Source of the DNA: Candidatus Pelethousia sp.
GTDB taxonomy: Bacteria; Bacillota; Clostridia; Christensenellales; CAG-138
Direction of reading: 5' to 3'
Assembly (NCBI GenBank): GCA_034933245.1
Contig: JAYFNX010000013.1
Coordinates: forward strand, 939 to 64,938
DNA length: 64,000 nucleotides
Every line of letters starts with the position of its first letter. Within the stretch, counting starts at the first letter, position 1. Shown piece after piece: positions 28,755 to 37,223 of this stretch. The notes beneath the pieces were generated by a model that was given only the letters and a program-made list of their open reading frames with translations, made no database searches and was not told the DNA's origin. Both the position numbers and the translations under genes were made by a program.

Positions 28755-30286
28755 GCATGGAACGCATCGCAGTTCTGGATTTCGGCGGCCAATACAACCA
28801 GCTCATTGCGCGGCGGGTGCGGGAGTTGGGGGTATATAGCGAACTTTTGCCTAGAAATGCCAGCCGGGAGCGCCTTTTGGCAGGTGGACTTTCCGGCATC
28901 ATTCTTACCGGCGGGCCGGATAGCGTGTATGATCCGGAGGCGAAGACCTGCCCGGCTTATGTGTTCGAACTGGGCGTTCCTGTGCTGGGCATTTGCTACG
29001 GCATGCAGTATATCGCGCATGTCTATGGCGGAAAAATCGAGGCAGGGCATCGGGAATATGCGGATACACCCATTGAGATGGGGACACATCCCCTCGCGGC
29101 GGGCATGGATGCCGGGTATGTCTGGATGAACCATAACGACAGCGTTATGGCACTCCCCCAGGGGTTCCAAATCATCGCGCGCACGGCTCACTGCATCGCC
29201 GCCTTCGCGGAGGATGAAAAGCGGCTTTACGGGGTGCAGTTTCACGCGGAGGTTGCGCATACCCCTAAAGGTACCTTGATTTTCCAGAACTTTTTGGAGA
29301 AAATCTGTTGTTGCCGCTGCGATTATAAGCCGGAAAATCTGGCGAATCAGCTCATAGAGCAAGTGCGCAGGCAAGTCGGCGATCAGGGCCGGGTTCTGGG
29401 AGCCCTAAGCGGCGGCGTAGATTCAACCGTGGCCGCGGCGTTAGTGCACAGGGCTGTGGGAGATCGGCTTGCCTGTGTGTTTGTGGATCACGGGCTATTG
29501 CGCCAGAATGAAGCCCAGGAGGTGCAGGACTTTTATCGAAATAGCCTGGGCCTCAACCTAACGGCTGTAAATGCCAAGGATCGGTTCCTCTCAAAGCTTG
29601 CGGGGGTATCTGAGCCGGAGCAGAAGCGCAAGATTATCGGCACCGAATTCGTACGCGTTTTTGAAGAGGAAACCGGAAAGCTGAAAACGCAAAATGAAGA
29701 TTGGTACCTCCTGCAGGGGACGATCTATCCGGATGTGATCGAAAGCGGAACGGATGCCAGCGCAAAGATCAAAAGCCATCATAATGTGGGCGGACTGCCT
29801 GCGGACATGGGCTTTTCAGGGCTGGTGGAGCCTTTACGCATGCTCTTTAAAGATGAAGTGCGTGCGCTCGGGGAGTCTTTGGGGATTCCACGGGAATTGG
29901 TTTGGCGGCAGCCTTTTCCGGGCCCTGGCTTGGCCATCCGGGTTCTGGGGGATGTCACGGAAGAGAAACTTTCCATTCTCCGCCATAGCGATGCCATCCT
30001 TCGGGAAGAAATCGGCTTGGCTGGTTTACAGGAGCAGGTCTGGCAATATTTCACCGTGTTTACGGGCATGCGATCGGTGGGCGTGATGGGCGATCAGCGC
30101 ACCTATGATTACGCCATCGGCGTACGGGCCGTGACCAGCACAGATGCCATGACCGTGGAGTGGGCGGAGCTTCCTTATGCCGTTCTGCGAAAAATATCCA
30201 GCCGTATCATCGCCGAGGTACCCCATGTAAACCGGGTGGTATATGACATAACCTCAAAGCCCCCGGGAACCATCGAGTGGGAATAA
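28751..30286 (+). CDS. guaA: GMP synthase (glutamine-hydrolysing)
   Basis: 511 aa with the GATase domain ([22 protein letters not shown]), the ATP-PPase P-loop [10 protein letters not shown], and the C-terminus KPPGTIEWE. The start is TTG 28751 or ATG 28757. Confidence 0.9.
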   Translation: MSMERIAVLDFGGQYNQLIARRVRELGVYSELLPRNASRERLLAGGLSGIILTGGPDSVYDPEAKTCPAYVFELGVPVLGICYGMQYIAHVYGGKIEAGHREYADTPIEMGTHPLAAGMDAGYVWMNHNDSVMALPQGFQIIARTAHCIAAFAEDEKRLYGVQFHAEVAHTPKGTLIFQNFLEKICCCRCDYKPENLANQLIEQVRRQVGDQGRVLGALSGGVDSTVAAALVHRAVGDRLACVFVDHGLLRQNEAQEVQDFYRNSLGLNLTAVNAKDRFLSKLAGVSEPEQKRKIIGTEFVRVFEEETGKLKTQNEDWYLLQGTIYPDVIESGTDASAKIKSHHNVGGLPADMGFSGLVEPLRMLFKDEVRALGESLGIPRELVWRQPFPGPGLAIRVLGDVTEEKLSILRHSDAILREEIGLAGLQEQVWQYFTVFTGMRSVGVMGDQRTYDYAIGVRAVTSTDAMTVEWAELPYAVLRKISSRIIAEVPHVNRVVYDITSKPPGTIEWE

Positions 30287-30384
30287 TTAGCAGAAACCAA
30301 GAAAGCCGCGTAACTACTAGGTATTTAACCTGCTGATTTTAGCTGTGGCAACGTTTTGGCAACACTAATTGCACTATTCAGATG

Positions 30385-30427
30385 AAAAGAGCTAACTGAT
30401 TTTGAGCGTCGGTTAGCTCTTTTTTGT
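30385..30427 (+). terminator. intrinsic terminator after guaA
   Basis: aaaagagctaac / gttagctctttt stem followed by a T-run. The loop contains TGATTTTGAG, a 9/10 match to the ICE att core TGATTTCGAG. Confidence 0.5.
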
Positions 30428-30455
30428 TGTTCGCTTGTACAACTAAGATTCATAT

Positions 30456-30821
30456 CTACCGAACAGGCATAAATTCGAGCACGGTATCCAGCGGACGTTT
30501 TCCACGATTTCTATAGCCCCTATGAGGACGTTCGGTGTTGTAATGGATAAGCCAAAGATCCAAATCTTCCTGAAGTGCCTCCACGCTTTCATAGAAGTTT
30601 TCCCGGAAGGCAATGCGGAAGAACTCGTCCAGCACAGTCTTGTTGAAGCGTTCGATGAAGCGGTTGGTTTTCGGGGATTTGACCTTGGTCCGCCGATGCT
30701 CCATGTCGTTGCGGGCAAGGTAGAGCTCGAACGGATGGTTCTCCGTACCACAGAATTCCCGGCCATTGTCGGTCAGAATAGCCCCTACAGGCAGTCCGCG
30801 TTCCCGGTAAAACGGCAACAC
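30456..30821 (-). pseudogene. IS481-like (rve/DDE) transposase, C-terminal fragment only
   Basis: 121 aa. ILTDNGREFCG...HRRTKVKSPKTNRFIERFNKTV...YNTERPHRGY is the C-terminal half of an integrase-core transposase. The N-terminal HTH and the first catalytic Asp region are absent. Confidence 0.65.
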
Positions 30822-30835
30822 GTCATTATGAACCA

Positions 30836-31537
30836 GTGCAGCGGCGCATTCAGGCTTCTTGCCGGTATGAAGGAATCCAAAGGCATATGTACGGTCTGCG
30901 TTTAAGTGAAATCCTTGGCCTGCGCTGGCAGAACGTCGATCTGCAAAATAACACCTTCGGTGTCGTGGAGCAGTTGCCGTTCAATCTCCCTGCCGGGACA
31001 AAGGATGTTTCCGAAATGGCACCGACGAAATCCAACGACCGCATCTTGCCTATCACGGATTTAACGAAGCCCTATTTTGAACGACAGCTTGCCATGCAGG
31101 AGCGCCGCAAGGAATTGACCGCAGCAGCGGGTGCGACATACTATGATAACGATTTAGTGGTGTCCAAGCCGGACGGCGCACCTTATCGTCGTGACGCGGT
31201 ATCAACTGCTTTCGGGCAACTCATCCGGCACCTCGAAATGCCACATATCCGCTTTCACGATTTGAGACATACGGCGGCGACGAACATGCACCAGCTCACC
31301 GGCGACTTTTATACTGTCGGTGAGATATTGGGGCATACACTCAAAGGCATTGGCATTTCTCTCGGTATCTCCACCAACCTTGAAGCGGTAACGGCACAAT
31401 ATGTCGATGTCCGGCTGGAGCGAAAAAAGACCGTTCTGGAAACCTACCATAAGGCGTTGCATCCGCAGAAAGAGCCGGAGAAGCCCATGAAACCGGCGAA
31501 GCAGAGCAAAAAGAAAAGCAGCGAAATGGAGCTATAA
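30836..31537 (+). pseudogene. tyrosine recombinase/integrase, 5'-truncated (catalytic domain only)
   Basis: YGLRLSEILGLRW (catalytic Arg box), HDLRHTAAT, ILGH and AQYV (Tyr) are present. The N-terminal arm-binding and core-binding domains are missing. The fragment abuts the IS fragment. Confidence 0.7.
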
Positions 31538-31591
31538 ACGACATAAGTTTTTATCGCTCCGCGCTGCTTTTTATAGCTTTTTAGGGAATGT

Positions 31592-31727
31592 GGGCATCAA
31601 ACGGGCATCATGCTATACATTTTCTCTGTATACTTTCTATAAGGCCAAAAATGCTGAGAGCTGGCGGGCATCAAAATCCAGGCAGCATTGGGCATCACTG
31701 AGCCGCAAAGTTCAAATATGGGCAGCA
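31592..31727 (+). repeat. GGGCATCA direct repeats (candidate integrase/Xis arm-type sites, int-proximal arm)
   Basis: Exact copies start at 31592, 31603, 31666 and 31690. A variant, GGGCAGCA, starts at 31720. Confidence 0.6.
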
Positions 31728-31740
31728 TTACAAGATGAAG

Positions 31741-31775
31741 AAAACCCCTGAAAACCTAGTATTTTCAGGGGTTTG
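31741..31775 (-). terminator. hairpin immediately 3' of the tRNA-Ser 3' fragment
   Basis: aaaacccctgaaaa...ttttcaggggttt inverted repeat abutting the CCA end. Confidence 0.5.
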
Positions 31776-31831
31776 TGGCGGAGAGGGTGGGATTCGAACC
31801 CACGTGCGATTGCTCGCAAACTGATTTCGAG
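31776..31831 (-). other. tRNA-Ser 3' fragment = att core copy (anticodon loop to CCA)
   Basis: Reverse complement reads CTCGAAATCAG-TTTGCGAGCAATCGCAC-GTGGGTTCGAATCCCAC-CCTCTCC-G-CCA. There is no matching 5' half. It ends at TGATTTCGAG, where homology to 43124-43133 begins. Confidence 0.65.
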
Positions 31832-32260
31832 GGGCATTTCAGGGCTAAAACCGCCGTTTTTCTTCTTATAAGTTGTTATAGGGTTGCGTCGAAAAGAGTG
31901 TGTTTACTGTGCTATCCGGCGTATCTTTTTATAAGATCAAATAACCGATATACAAGCTCTTTTTAGAAAACCGGGCATCAAAACGGCATCACGGGCATCA
32001 AAAGCCGCAGTCATAGCATACAAGACCTCAAAATCAAAATTTTGCTTGATTTATAATCGCATTTCAAAAGTGTGAGCTATAACCACATTATTTCAACGTG
32101 ATGCCCAATGGCCATAAATCCTTTGGCACCACCTGCATATTTTACTGCTATGTAAATGGAGCTTTTGATGACCAATAAGCTCAGCCGACGAAAAGGAGTT
32201 TTTTTCAGGGCAGCACAAAAATGGCTATTTGGGCATCATCGGGCATCAAAAATTAAAAGG
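31832..32260 (+). repeat. ICE-end arm region with GGGCATCA repeats (homologous to 43134-43303)
   Basis: It starts GGGCATTTC, like 43134. Exact GGGCATCA copies start at 31973, 31993, 32231 and 32241, and an inverted copy lies at 32099-32106. Identity to the arm at 43134-43303 is roughly 65-70 % by eye. Confidence 0.5.
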
Positions 32261-32280
32261 AGAAAAACGATGCAAAAACA

Positions 32281-32631
32281 TTGATTGACAAAGGCATTAT
32301 ACTCCCGTCCGGCGAGATCAACAAGAACAAGATAAACCTTGTCGCCGGAGCCGTCACGCAGCCGTTCGCTGAAATGGTATGGGTGATGACAGGCGGCGAT
32401 ATGGACACTATCAACCGCCTGACGGATGTTTTCGTTACAATGAACACCCCGGCAGACCGGGACAAGCTATTTCGCATTATTCAAATGCTCTACGGGCTTA
32501 TGGGCTTGCGGTTCTCCGAGGAAGCCGTACCGATGGGTGCACACCCGGAGGCGCTTGATTACTTTCTGTTCTCATTCACGTCAGATTTCGGGGAAATTAT
32601 TCATGATTACATAGCAGAAAAGGATAGTTGA
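32281..32631 (+). CDS. conserved ICE-end protein of unknown function (paralog 1 of 3)
   Basis: 116 aa, about 90 % nucleotide identity to 46959-47330 by eye. The RBS-proximal ATG (32270) is out of frame (ATG CAA AAA CAT TGA). The gene therefore either uses TTG 32281 or is frameshifted. Confidence 0.5.
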   Translation: MIDKGIILPSGEINKNKINLVAGAVTQPFAEMVWVMTGGDMDTINRLTDVFVTMNTPADRDKLFRIIQMLYGLMGLRFSEEAVPMGAHPEALDYFLFSFTSDFGEIIHDYIAEKDS

Positions 32632-32654
32632 AGTGCAAGGAAGCAATGTTTTAC

Positions 32655-33482
32655 TTAATCCTTCTGGATTTCACCCGGCTTGAATTTACCACTTTCGATA
32701 TCGCGTTTCATTGCTTCATAAAAGATTTTTGCAAGAGGCTCAATAAGCAGGGCGGTTTCGGCCTTCTCCCAGAACGGCTCGTCGCTCTTGGCGGTCTTGG
32801 GCGTGGTGTTCTTTATCAGGTTGGTAATCAGTTTCAGCGCGTCCTTATCGTCCCGCAGGTAGGCAAAGGGGTTGTAGGCATCGGATTGTTCCATGTTAAT
32901 GAGGTCAAATACCTTGATGTCATAGCCTTTGGCTTCCAGCAGCGGCCCCACGGAACGCAGCATTTCGGCCTTCGGGTCGGCTATGATATAGGAGCAATTC
33001 GCCTGCATGACGTTGGGCTTGGCAAAGTACCGGGTCTTGCCGCTGCCGCTCCCGCCCACAACCAGCACATTGAGGTTGCGGCGGTGCTTGCGCCCGTCCA
33101 TGCCCATGCGCACATGCCGGGTCAGGATGATGTTGCTTTCCGGGTGCTTGTGTTCGGCATATTTGCCGTTCACCTGCCCGGCCTTGCCCCAGCGGGCGCT
33201 GCCGTGTTCCTCCCGTAAGCGGGTATTGCCACGGGTGGCGTAGTAGGCCGATATGCCCAGCCCATAAAGCAAAACAGCAGCCAATAGAAAGGCCGCCGTC
33301 TTATCCGTCCATTGGAGTGCAAAGGGCCGATGTAGGTGATTTGTAATGCTTTCCAGCAGGACATCCAGTTTTGCGCCGGGGATATAGCTTTGGGCCAGCA
33401 GCGCCGCCAGCCATAGTACGGGCGGCAGCAGGGCAATCCAGAGAAGGATCTCCCGGCTGCCGCTTTTGGTCGGGTCGCTCAT
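32655..33482 (-). pseudogene. VirD4/TraG-type coupling protein, truncated and chimeric
   Basis: Start at MSDPTKSG (ATG 33482, AGGAAGGTG RBS). It has TM segments and the Walker A VVGGSGSGKTRYFAKPN. After about 245 aa it switches to IEPLAKIFYEAMKRDIESGKFKPGEIQKD, which is the C-terminus of the 47354-47557 small-ORF family. Full-length relatives are about 600 aa. Confidence 0.7.
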
Positions 33483-33486
33483 ACGC

Positions 33487-34473
33487 TCACCTTCCTTTGT
33501 CCGGGGCAGACTTTTTCGGCGCTTTCGGGGCGCGGGCCTTCTCCTGCGGGGCCTTGCTCTCGCGCTGCGCCTTTGCGTCCTGCACCTTATCCCGGACGGA
33601 CGGCTTTTCCTCCCGCGCCTTTTCCGGCTGCTTACCTTTTTCAGCGGGTGTTTGCGTCGGGGCCGCCTGCTCCTGCGGGCCTTCCCGCATGGGCGGGAGC
33701 TGCCCCATCTGCGCAAACAGGCGATTGACAAGGGGCGCGTCCTCCGCTTGCGCTATCATCTGCATTTGTCCGGGGATGCCCGTTTCATGGAAGGACAGCG
33801 GCACATCCAGCGCCGCCGCCTTTTTTTGCAGGGTTACGGTATCGGCTATTCCTACCGTCACAACCTGCAATTCCTTTCCTTCCCCGAACAGCCGGGATAG
33901 GGGGGATGCGTCCTTTAGCTGCTGGTTTTCCCTTGCTACTTGCAGCACAAGGGCGGCCAGCCTTTCCGCGCCCAGCCCTTCCAGCCGGGCCATTTTTCCC
34001 TCATTCATCTTTTGCCTCGTTTGTTGCAGCCAGCCATTCCCGCGCCCGCTCAACTTGCCGTCGTGTGGAGCGCGGGACACGGCGTTTTTTGGGTTCTGCT
34101 CCGGGGTCGGGTATTCCATCATTTCCATGATGCGGTTCACCTTTACGGCGTCCTCCGCTTTCACTATCACGTCGCAAAGGCCCTTGTCCTTCGTCCTGTT
34201 GTAAATGGCGGTATACAGCACGCCGTATTTCTGCGCCAGCCTGTGGAATTCCGAAATATCGGCCTTCTTCACATGGAAGATGGACAGCGGCTTATCCTCA
34301 TGCAGCAGGCGGCAAATGCTGGTTTTGCCTTTGAGCCTCTTGTTATCTTTCAACAGCGCCAGCAGCAGGGCGGCAAGGTTCTTCGCGCCCAGCCCGGCCA
34401 GCTTGACAGCAGACTCCGTAATTTCGATGCCTTCCTTTACCAATTGGTCGGCGGTATCGCCTCCAATGCTCAT
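33487..34473 (-). CDS. PcfB-family (DUF3801) conjugation protein, two-domain form
   Basis: Start at MSIGGDTADQL (ATG 34473, GGGAGG RBS). Two DUF3801-like segments are present, with a basic C-terminal tail. Confidence 0.7.
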   Translation of the reverse strand: MSIGGDTADQLVKEGIEITESAVKLAGLGAKNLAALLLALLKDNKRLKGKTSICRLLHEDKPLSIFHVKKADISEFHRLAQKYGVLYTAIYNRTKDKGLCDVIVKAEDAVKVNRIMEMMEYPTPEQNPKNAVSRAPHDGKLSGRGNGWLQQTRQKMNEGKMARLEGLGAERLAALVLQVARENQQLKDASPLSRLFGEGKELQVVTVGIADTVTLQKKAAALDVPLSFHETGIPGQMQMIAQAEDAPLVNRLFAQMGQLPPMREGPQEQAAPTQTPAEKGKQPEKAREEKPSVRDKVQDAKAQRESKAPQEKARAPKAPKKSAPDKGR

Positions 34474-34477
34474 ATGC

Positions 34478-34672
34478 TTACCTCCCATCGTCGCGGGAAG
34501 GCCCCGGCTTCTCCGGCTTTTTCTTTTTGCCTTCCAGCGTTTTGAATTCGATTGGCTTATCCTCGCTGTCCATGTAAAGCTGCTCCGTCCGCTGCTGGGC
34601 CTGCTGCAAGGTGTCGATGGCCTTTGTCACATCACGGAACAGGGAAACGTACATTTCCTTGTAATCGGGCAT
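34478..34672 (-). CDS. small hypothetical ICE protein
   Basis: 64 aa, between the relaxase and pcfB on the same strand. Confidence 0.4.
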   Translation of the reverse strand: MPDYKEMYVSLFRDVTKAIDTLQQAQQRTEQLYMDSEDKPIEFKTLEGKKKKPEKPGPSRDDGR

Positions 34673-34691
34673 ACAATCTCTCCTTTCATGG

Positions 34692-36059
34692 TCATATCAT
34701 CTTGAATGGCTCTTGTTTCTTCTTGGCTTGAACAACCTGTTTTTCGGCCTCCTGCCGGGCCTCCGCTCCCCGCGCCTGCCGCTCTTTTTCCCGTATTTCC
34801 GGCGCGGTGGCCTCGATGCGGGCGCATAATCGGGCTTCTTTGCGTAGTTCCCGCAAGCGGGCGGTGGCCTCACTGATTTGTGCGGACAGGTCGGCCATAA
34901 CCGCTTCGTCCTGCGCGTCCCGCCTTTGGGCATACAGCGGCTTGCGGGCTTCGGTGGCAGCTTGGATTTGGCTTTCAATGGCCTGTCTGCGGGCCTGCAA
35001 GTCCTCCGTTGTGGTTATGCCGTTGCGGTACAGGTAAAGGAATTGCTCTTTGTAGCGGTCAAGGCGTATGACATCCTCCCGCAACAAAAAAGCCGCCTTA
35101 TTCGGCAGCTTGCGGCGCTTTACTTTTCCCAGCAAGTACAGGTACTTGAAATATAGGGCCATGAAACCTTTGAGTTTTTTGGGCTTGGTAGGGATGGGCG
35201 GCCCGGTATATCGGCAGCGTTTGGATGGCGGGGCCTGCGGCTTTTTCTCTTGTCCGTCGCGCTGACGGGCCAATCGCTCCCGTATGGCTTCCTCCGTGTA
35301 TTCCTCGCCCAGCGATTTCAGCCGGATAAAACGCTGCCCGCCTTGCGGCTTAACGGCCATGTGCTTGACGTTGGGGCCGTATTTCACGGCGTAACCCTTC
35401 TTTTTCAGGGCTTCAATAAAGGTGCTGAACGTGAAGGATTGCCGGATAATCTCGTCAATGTCGGCGGCTATCATGCCCCGGATGGTGGGCCTCCCGGCTT
35501 TTTCGGCGGCCCACTCTGCATAATGCTTGCCCCGGCCTTTCGGCTCAATGACGGACAGGCCATGTTCCCGGCACAGTTCGTCCGATGTTCCCCGGATGGT
35601 GTGAAAATAGCTTTCGGGGGACGAATGGTATTTGATGCCGTCCACAAAGGACACGGAATTAACAACCACATGATTGTGCAGGTGGTGGCGGTCAAGGTGC
35701 GTGCCAATGACAGCCTCAAAACGCTCCCCGAAACAGCGACGGGCAAACTCCACGCCGATTGCGTGGGCCTGCTCCGGCGTCACCTCTCCCGGCTTGAAAG
35801 ACTGGATGAAGTGATAGGCCAATACGCCGCCCGTCTTGGAAAACCGCTGTTTTGTGGCAACCATTTCCCCGTAGGCAGTACCCGGACGCTGGCAGTTGAC
35901 GGCACTTTCAAATAGCCGCTGCTCCGTTTTATCCGGGTTCAGCGCATAATCCACGGATGCGCCCAGCGTGATTGCCTCGTCCGTCTTTTCAGGATTAGCG
36001 GCGTAGGACACGGCGCGGGCAAGGTGGTTGCGGACGGCGAAAACCTTTGTGTAGGCCAT
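34692..36059 (-). CDS. relaxase/mobilisation nuclease (PF03432-type)
   Basis: 455 aa. The N-terminus has an Ala-Tyr start and the histidine triad HLDRHHLHNHVVVNSV. The C-terminus is a coiled coil. Confidence 0.8.
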   Translation of the reverse strand: MAYTKVFAVRNHLARAVSYAANPEKTDEAITLGASVDYALNPDKTEQRLFESAVNCQRPGTAYGEMVATKQRFSKTGGVLAYHFIQSFKPGEVTPEQAHAIGVEFARRCFGERFEAVIGTHLDRHHLHNHVVVNSVSFVDGIKYHSSPESYFHTIRGTSDELCREHGLSVIEPKGRGKHYAEWAAEKAGRPTIRGMIAADIDEIIRQSFTFSTFIEALKKKGYAVKYGPNVKHMAVKPQGGQRFIRLKSLGEEYTEEAIRERLARQRDGQEKKPQAPPSKRCRYTGPPIPTKPKKLKGFMALYFKYLYLLGKVKRRKLPNKAAFLLREDVIRLDRYKEQFLYLYRNGITTTEDLQARRQAIESQIQAATEARKPLYAQRRDAQDEAVMADLSAQISEATARLRELRKEARLCARIEATAPEIREKERQARGAEARQEAEKQVVQAKKKQEPFKMI

Positions 36060-36063
36060 GCGC

Positions 36064-36369
36064 TCACATCCCCTTTATCCGCTGCCAGATAGCCGCCTGC
36101 ATCCGCATGATGTCCTCCAACGCCTGCGGAGATATGCGCTTGTCACTGTTGGCGATACGGGCGATTTGATTGATGTTGTTGCCGATGGCCGACAGTTCCC
36201 GCAGCAGCGCCCCGTATTCGTCCGGAGGTCGGGGCCGGATGTCTATGCCCATGATTAGGCTGCGGATGAATGGGTCAACTTTAATGCCCGCATGATTCGC
36301 CTGCCGCCTTAAATGGGCCAGTTCCTTTTCGTTCAGCCATACGCTTATATGGTGGTTGCGTTTACGCAT
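36064..36369 (-). CDS. MobC-family relaxosome accessory protein
   Basis: 101 aa with ISVWLNEKELAHLRRQA..., IGNNINQIARIAN, typical of MobC/ribbon-helix-helix mobilisation proteins. Confidence 0.75.
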   Translation of the reverse strand: MRKRNHHISVWLNEKELAHLRRQANHAGIKVDPFIRSLIMGIDIRPRPPDEYGALLRELSAIGNNINQIARIANSDKRISPQALEDIMRMQAAIWQRIKGM

Positions 36370-36385
36370 TTCTCGCCTCCTTCCG

Positions 36386-36503
36386 TCAGCGGGTAATTCG
36401 GGGTTTAAGGGGCTTGCCCCTTACAAGCGGCATTTGGTAGCACAAATGCTATGCTTGCAAGTACAGGACAGCCTTCCGGCTGCCCTGTACTGTACCCGCT
36501 GAA
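36386..36503 (-). promoter_or_regulatory. candidate oriT (hairpin-rich intergenic region upstream of mobC)
   Basis: Three hairpins: aagggg-cttg-cccctt (36407-36422), gcattt..aaatgc (36430-36449), and a 13-bp stem with one mismatch, gtacaggacagcc-ttcc-ggctgccctgtac (36461-36490). Outer inverted repeats cagcgggta / tacccgctg flank them. Confidence 0.45.
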
Positions 36504-37223
36504 TTACCGCGCTTCATGGGATGTTTGGGGCCTGTTTTTCTGCCCTTTGTTTCTCGCCGCTTCTCTTGGAGGATAGGCAAAAACCCGATATTCCTCCGGG
36601 ATTTCCTTGCCATCGTATTCCTCATGGAAGCTGTCGCCTGTTTCCCGCAAATAGCCTTTTTCCGTGATGGTTCCTGTTTCTCCCTGCATCACATCCCGCC
36701 CGTATGCTTCATAGTCAAAATAGTTTTGGATATTCTCCAGGATGTCCAAAGCGGAACATTCGTCAATGAGGTAGTAGCCGTAATCTTCCTCGCTCTGCAC
36801 ATCGGGGTACAGGTCGTAGCAATCAAGGTTTTCCGTAAGGTTGATTAAATCTTGCAGGCTGCCCGTATGCTCTCCATATTCAACGGTAGCTTCATATTTC
36901 TCCAATTCGCCGGGTTCCATTTCATCCAGCATAGAGGCCAGATAATTGAGTTCGTCCAGATTGGCGTATTCCGGCAGGTGGTCGTAAAGGCCGTCAACCA
37001 ATGTTTCATAGTCCGTAATGAAATATTCCTCATAGCGGATGCCGTCAAGCCCGATGCGCTTCAAACATGCCTGCACCTGCTCCGTGGTGGTGGGCAGGGG
37101 CAGCCATTCGCCCACAAGGTCGCCCTCGTTGTACTTGCCTAAGTTGGTGACAAAAGCGGTAATGGGCGCGTCGCTCCGGGCCAGTTCCAGTAGCTTTTCG
37201 GCAAATTCAGTTTGGCTTGTCAC
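36504..37223 (-). CDS. ardA: antirestriction protein ArdA
   Basis: 239 aa, very acidic. The N-terminal motif FVTNLGKYNEGDLVGEWLPLP is typical of ArdA. It uses a GTG start that overlaps the upstream stop (GTGA). Confidence 0.8.
   Translation of the reverse strand: MTSQTEFAEKLLELARSDAPITAFVTNLGKYNEGDLVGEWLPLPTTTEQVQACLKRIGLDGIRYEEYFITDYETLVDGLYDHLPEYANLDELNYLASMLDEMEPGELEKYEATVEYGEHTGSLQDLINLTENLDCYDLYPDVQSEEDYGYYLIDECSALDILENIQNYFDYEAYGRDVMQGETGTITEKGYLRETGDSFHEEYDGKEIPEEYRVFAYPPREAARNKGQKNRPQTSHEAR

Noticed and set aside
31592-32248. Whether the GGGCATCA repeats could be a CRISPR array or a minisatellite.
   Set aside because: The repeats are only 8 nt long and irregularly spaced, and they flank an att core and an integrase gene. 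That fits arm-type recombinase sites, not a CRISPR array. No CRISPR-like array is visible anywhere in the window.
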